Under the pieces are notes generated by a model. The model was not told the DNA's origin, did no database searches, and saw nothing but the letters and a program-made list of their open reading frames with translations. Position numbers and translations under genes: made by a program. DNA of 64,000 nucleotides from Acidobacteriota bacterium (GTDB lineage Bacteria; Acidobacteriota; UBA6911). Shown here piece after piece: positions 59,338 through 64,000 of the stretch (position 1 is the first letter of the stretch; every line of letters begins with the position of its first letter). Location of the stretch: NCBI GenBank assembly GCA_963664705.1, contig OY761556.1, positions 1,280,001-1,344,000 of the forward strand, read 5' to 3'.

Positions 59338-61788
59338 ATGAACAAAAAGGCACTGAGCGAGCGTGACATCTGCACAAAATTTATTACCCCGGCCATCAGG
59401 AAATCGGGCTGGGATGAGATGTCTCAGATCCGCGAAGAGGTAAGCTTCACAAAAGGCCGCATCATAGTCCGTGGCAAATTGGTCAGCCGGGGAAAGCCAA
59501 AACGTGCAGATTACATCTTGTACTACAAACCCAACATCCCCATTGCTGTGGTGGAGGCAAAAGACAACAATCACAGCGTCGGTGACGGCATTCAGCAGGC
59601 GCTCGATTATGCTACCACCCTAGATGTCCCGTTTGTCTTTTCGTCCAACGGTGATGGCTTTGTATTTCACGATCGCACCGGCACCTTTCCACAAAAAGAG
59701 ACAAACCTAACCCTGGATAAATTCCCATCACCAGAAGAACTCTGGACTCACTATTGCCAATGGAAAGGTCTATCTGCGGAGGCTGAAAAAATCGTCAGTC
59801 AGGAATACTACGATGACGGGAGCGGCAAAGCTCCACGCTATTACCAATGCAATGCCATCAATGCAACAACCGAAGCCATCGTGAAAGGACAAGACCGGAT
59901 TCTTTTGGTAATGGCCACGGGCACCGGCAAAACATATACGGCTTTCCAGATAATTTGGCGGCTATGGAAGGCTGGTATCAAAAAACGCATTTTGTTCCTG
60001 GCCGATCGCAATGTGCTGGTAGATCAAACCATGGTCAACGACTTCAGACCCTTTGGCTCTGCCATGGCAAAGCTCAGCACCGGGACTAAAACAATTGGGC
60101 GGGAGGATGGAACTGAAGTCACACTGACAACGGCTCTAGATAAAAAGCGCCGTATAGACACAGCCTTTGAAATCTACTTGGGACTGTATCAGGCTATTAC
60201 AGGCCCAGAAGAGCGCCAGAAGCTTTATAAGGAATTCTCCCCTGGCTTCTTTGACCTGATCGTTGTGGACGAGTGCCACCGTGGCAGTGCAGCTGAAGAT
60301 GCAGCTTGGCATGAGATCTTGACTCATTTCTCCAGCGCCACTCAAATCGGTCTAACCGCCACGCCCAAAGAGACCAAATACATTTCAAATATCAACTACT
60401 TCAACAAACCCGTTTATTCGTACTCTCTAAAGCAAGGCATTCAAGATGGTTTCCTTGCGCCGTACAAAGTGATTAAGGTCCATATCGATCGAGACATTGA
60501 AGGGTATCGGCCCGAGAAGGGGCAGCTTGATCGAGACGGTTACGAGGTTGAGGACCGGATTTATAACCAGAAGGATTTTGACCGCAATTTGGTCATTGAT
60601 GACCGTACAAAGCTCGTAGCCAAAAAAGTCACAGAATTCCTGAAGGAGAGCGGAGACCGTTTTCAAAAGGCCATATTTTTCTGTGTTGATACGGAACACG
60701 CTGCAAGAATGCGGCAAGCTCTGGTCAATGAGAACTCTGATCTTGTACAGCAGAATTCCAGATACGTGATGCGGATAACGGGGAATGATCCTGATGGATT
60801 GGACGAGATTGGCAACTTCATCGATCCTGAAGCACCGTATCCCGTTCTAGTAACAACTTCTCGCCTACTTTCTACCGGGGTGGATGTACAGACCTGTCGC
60901 CTGATTGTGCTAGATCGGGAAATAGGCTCCATGACCGAGTTCAAACAGATTGTCGGTCGTGGGACGCGCGTCCATGAGGACACAAAGAAGTTTTACTTCA
61001 CTTTGATTGATTTTCGGGGCGCTACCAATCTGTTCGCCGATCCCGAATTCGATGGCGAGCCGGTCCAAATCTACAATCCTGGCAAGGGTGATCCTATTAA
61101 GCCGCCCGATGACGAGCCGCCACCAGAAGGGCAAAAGCCTCCTTACGATTCAGAAGAAGAAGTCATTGTAGATGGCCCCCCACCGGATATAGGGATCGGA
61201 TCTGACGATGGGCAGGAAAGCCGAAAAAAGGTCTACGTTGACGGTATCGGCGCAACGATTGTTGCTGAGCGCATCGAGTACCTTGATGAAAATGGAAAGC
61301 TTGTTACCGAGAGCCTGCGGGATTTTACGAAAAGGGCTTTACGAAAACACTTTGCCAGCCTGAATGAATTTCTAAATCGCTGGAGTGAAACAGATCGCAA
61401 ACAGGCAATCCTTGACGAGCTTGGTGAGGAAGGTTTGCCTCTCCAGCCGCTAACAGAAGAGTTCGGAGATAAGTTCGACCCATTTGATTTGATTTGCCAC
61501 GTGGCTTTTGGCAAGCCGCCTCTCACCCGGCGAGAAAGGGCTGAGAACGTGCGAAAACGAGACGTGTTCACAAAATACGGACCGCAGGCTCGGGCCGTGT
61601 TGGATGCACTCTTGGCAAAGTACCAGGATGAAGGAGTGTTGAACCTGGACGATCCACGCTTGCTCCAAGTCCCTCCCTTTAGTTCAATGGGAACACCAAT
61701 TCAGCTAATAAAACAATTCGGTACCCGCAGCAATTATGAAAACGCAGTCCACGAACTCCAGACCGCGCTTTACCAGGAGGTCGCTTGA
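59338..61788 (+). CDS. hsdR: type I restriction enzyme R subunit (EcoEI/EcoAI-like)
   Basis: ADY...VVEAK nuclease, MATGTGKT, DECH, LTATP, QIVGRGTR. Confidence 0.95.
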   Translation: MNKKALSERDICTKFITPAIRKSGWDEMSQIREEVSFTKGRIIVRGKLVSRGKPKRADYILYYKPNIPIAVVEAKDNNHSVGDGIQQALDYATTLDVPFVFSSNGDGFVFHDRTGTFPQKETNLTLDKFPSPEELWTHYCQWKGLSAEAEKIVSQEYYDDGSGKAPRYYQCNAINATTEAIVKGQDRILLVMATGTGKTYTAFQIIWRLWKAGIKKRILFLADRNVLVDQTMVNDFRPFGSAMAKLSTGTKTIGREDGTEVTLTTALDKKRRIDTAFEIYLGLYQAITGPEERQKLYKEFSPGFFDLIVVDECHRGSAAEDAAWHEILTHFSSATQIGLTATPKETKYISNINYFNKPVYSYSLKQGIQDGFLAPYKVIKVHIDRDIEGYRPEKGQLDRDGYEVEDRIYNQKDFDRNLVIDDRTKLVAKKVTEFLKESGDRFQKAIFFCVDTEHAARMRQALVNENSDLVQQNSRYVMRITGNDPDGLDEIGNFIDPEAPYPVLVTTSRLLSTGVDVQTCRLIVLDREIGSMTEFKQIVGRGTRVHEDTKKFYFTLIDFRGATNLFADPEFDGEPVQIYNPGKGDPIKPPDDEPPPEGQKPPYDSEEEVIVDGPPPDIGIGSDDGQESRKKVYVDGIGATIVAERIEYLDENGKLVTESLRDFTKRALRKHFASLNEFLNRWSETDRKQAILDELGEEGLPLQPLTEEFGDKFDPFDLICHVAFGKPPLTRRERAENVRKRDVFTKYGPQARAVLDALLAKYQDEGVLNLDDPRLLQVPPFSSMGTPIQLIKQFGTRSNYENAVHELQTALYQEVA

Positions 61789-61791
61789 TTT

Positions 61792-63246
61792 ATGTCTGTT
61801 CGCAATCTTGTTAAATCCATTCAAGACATCATGCGCCAAGATGTCGGCGTTGATGGAGATGCACAACGAATATCCCAACTGTGTTGGATGTTCTTTCTGA
61901 AAATAATAGATGACCAGGATCAGCAGCTCGAAATAATGCAGGATGGCTATCGTTCTCCGCTTCCATCCGAGTATCAATGGCGCAATTGGGCAGCAAACCC
62001 TGAAGGTATCACTGGGGATGCGCTTCTAACTTTTATTAACTCCGAATTGTTTCCGGCCTTAAAAGAGCTATCTATCTCGGGGAAATCAGGGGACCGTCGG
62101 CGTGTGGTACGGGCGTTGTTTGAAGATGCTTATAACTACATGAAATCTGGGCAGCTAATGCGGCAGGTCATTAACAAAATCAATCAAGTTGATTTCAATG
62201 ACTTGGCCGAGCGTCAGCATTTTGGCGACATATATGAGCAGATCCTGAATGATCTACAAAGTGCCGGGAATGCAGGCGAATATTACACCCCAAGGGCTGT
62301 TACTAGTTTCATGGTGGATCGAATTGACCCCAAGCCTGGCGAGATTTTGCTGGATCCCGCTTGCGGCACTGGTGGTTTCTTGACTTGTGCGTTGCGCCAC
62401 ATGCGTGAACGCTATGTGAAGAAGGTTGAAGACGAACAAAAAATGCAGCAGTCATTGCGAGCAGTCGAAAAGAAGCAGCTCCCCCACATGCTCTGTGTCA
62501 CCAATATGTTGTTGCACGGGATCGAGGATCCCGGTTTCGTCCGTCATGACAATACTCTAGCCCGACCTTACATCAGCTACACTGCAAGCGATCGTGTCGA
62601 CATTATCGTTACAAACCCACCTTTCGGAGGACGCGAGGAAGATGGCATTGAGAATAACTTCCCAAAGCACTTTCAGACTCGTGAAACTGCAGATCTATTT
62701 CTAGCTCTCATAATAAGGCTGCTTAAGCCCGGTGGTCGGGCAGCTGTGGTTTTGCCCGATGGCTCCCTTTTTGGTGAAGGCATCAAATCCAGATTAAAAG
62801 AGCATCTGCTGGAAGAGTGCAACCTGCATACAATAGTTCGCTTACCAAATAGCGTATTCAAACCGTATGCCAGCATTGGGACAAACCTGCTGTTCTTCGA
62901 GAAGGGCGAGCCAACGAAAGAGGTTTGGTTCTACGAGCACCAGATACCCGAGGGGCAAAAGGCCTACTCAATGACAAAACCTATTCGAATCGAACATTTC
63001 AAATCGTGCATTGATTGGTGGGGAGGTGCAAAACGGAAAGGCCGCAAAGAAATAGAATCAGCCTGGAGAATTTCGGCAGAAGAAGTTAAACGCCGTGGCT
63101 ATAATCTTGATTTGAAAAACCCCCGCACAGTTTTAGATAAATACGAAACCTCAGACAATCTTATTGCCAAGCTTATCGAAGCCGAGGGGCAAGTGGCGTC
63201 ATTACGAGAACAGCTGAAGGCCGCATTATCTGAGGCGCTGTTATGA
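61792..63246 (+). CDS. hsdM: type I R-M methyltransferase subunit
   Basis: GEYYTPR, DPACGTGGFL, NPPF. Confidence 0.95.
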   Translation: MSVRNLVKSIQDIMRQDVGVDGDAQRISQLCWMFFLKIIDDQDQQLEIMQDGYRSPLPSEYQWRNWAANPEGITGDALLTFINSELFPALKELSISGKSGDRRRVVRALFEDAYNYMKSGQLMRQVINKINQVDFNDLAERQHFGDIYEQILNDLQSAGNAGEYYTPRAVTSFMVDRIDPKPGEILLDPACGTGGFLTCALRHMRERYVKKVEDEQKMQQSLRAVEKKQLPHMLCVTNMLLHGIEDPGFVRHDNTLARPYISYTASDRVDIIVTNPPFGGREEDGIENNFPKHFQTRETADLFLALIIRLLKPGGRAAVVLPDGSLFGEGIKSRLKEHLLEECNLHTIVRLPNSVFKPYASIGTNLLFFEKGEPTKEVWFYEHQIPEGQKAYSMTKPIRIEHFKSCIDWWGGAKRKGRKEIESAWRISAEEVKRRGYNLDLKNPRTVLDKYETSDNLIAKLIEAEGQVASLREQLKAALSEALL

Positions 63247-64000
63247 CAAATCCGAATCTACTCCTCAAGCATTTTAGTGGAAATATCGAAGCGCCCGGTG
63301 CAGTTTCACGACTGCGCCAGCTTATCCTAAATCTTGCGGTTCGTGGAAAGCTCGTCGATCAGAACCCAGATGATGAACCGGCGTCAGAGTTTCTGCTTCG
63401 CATTGATGCTGAGAAGACACAACGGGCAATAAAGTATTCTAGAACTGCGGCACCTTCTTTGCCGATTGCCAAACAGGGTATGGATTATGAACTGCCTAGT
63501 GGATGGCAATGGGTCCGAATGGCCGAGATAGCAAAGCTCTGGAATGGCTTTGCTTTTGGTAGTGGAGATTTTACGTCGGATGGCATTCCGGTTGTTCGCA
63601 TTGGAGATCTTCAGAATGGTGCGGTTGTTTTGGACAACGCTGTTTGCGTTTCCGAGAAAATAGCAAATGCATTAAAACCTGAGATTTGGATTCCTCCAGA
63701 TGCACTCCTTATAGCTATGTCTGGCGCTACCACAGGTAAAGTAGCTTTTAACTTTACTGGTCGTCGTCTTTTGCTGAATCAAAGAGTCGGACGAATTGAG
63801 CTTTTTTTAGTAAATGCCAAATTCATCAAGCTTTTTTTCGAAACTATTATAGCTCGAAATCTCAGCATTTCTTCGGGGACAGCGATTCCCAATTTAAGCA
63901 CAGAACAAATTAACAACACTATCGTGCCCCTTGCTCCACTCGCCGAACAACACCGCATTGTTTCCAAAGTAGATGAATTAATGAAACTTTGTGAACGCTT
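63243..64000 (+). CDS. hsdS: type I R-M specificity subunit (partial, runs off the window)
   Basis: ATGA overlap with the hsdM stop; LRQLILNLAVRGKLV, ELPSGWQW, LAPLAEQHRIVSKVDELM. Confidence 0.92.
   Translation, partial: MTNPNLLLKHFSGNIEAPGAVSRLRQLILNLAVRGKLVDQNPDDEPASEFLLRIDAEKTQRAIKYSRTAAPSLPIAKQGMDYELPSGWQWVRMAEIAKLWNGFAFGSGDFTSDGIPVVRIGDLQNGAVVLDNAVCVSEKIANALKPEIWIPPDALLIAMSGATTGKVAFNFTGRRLLLNQRVGRIELFLVNAKFIKLFFETIIARNLSISSGTAIPNLSTEQINNTIVPLAPLAEQHRIVSKVDELMKLCER

Larger units (their letters stand above)
52274..64000. mobile_element. tRNA-integrated phage-satellite-like island with type I R-M cargo (far end outside the window)
   Basis: integrase next to the tRNA 3' end, HTH, primase-helicase, Xis-like gene; visibly more AT-rich than the flanking chromosome. 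Confidence 0.85.

Overview
GC-rich bacterial chromosome segment, probably Acidobacteriota (inferred from an Acidobacteria-type VWA protein, a carboxypeptidase-domain TonB receptor and an ECF sigma/Ser-Thr kinase pair). Housekeeping genes include leuA with a Leu-rich leader peptide, pheA, serA, pfkA, an aspartokinase and three tRNAs. The strongest candidate for an undescribed system is a lipid/polyketide cluster at 4.6-16.8 kb: a FabH-like KS III, an acyl-CoA dehydrogenase, a 2805-aa KS-AT-KS-ACPx3-KR-DH megasynthase and a PPTase. In it, both KS domains keep Cys-His-His, no enoyl reductase is recognisable, and all three ACPs have Thr (GIDTVK) instead of Ser at the phosphopantetheine site. Other notable elements: (1) a RAYT-like HUH/Y1 transposase with GGACACCCA inverted ends, reiterated flanks and two 53-bp miniature copies 15 kb away; (2) a 7-kb kinase/ECF/secreted-protein cassette bounded by a perfect 43-bp direct repeat with no integrase; (3) many heptamer tandem or palindromic repeats; (4) a phage-satellite-like island at tRNA-Arg(UCG) with integrase, primase-helicase, a palindromic origin candidate and a type I R-M system that runs off the window end. 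All calls come from motif reading by eye; no database searches were run.
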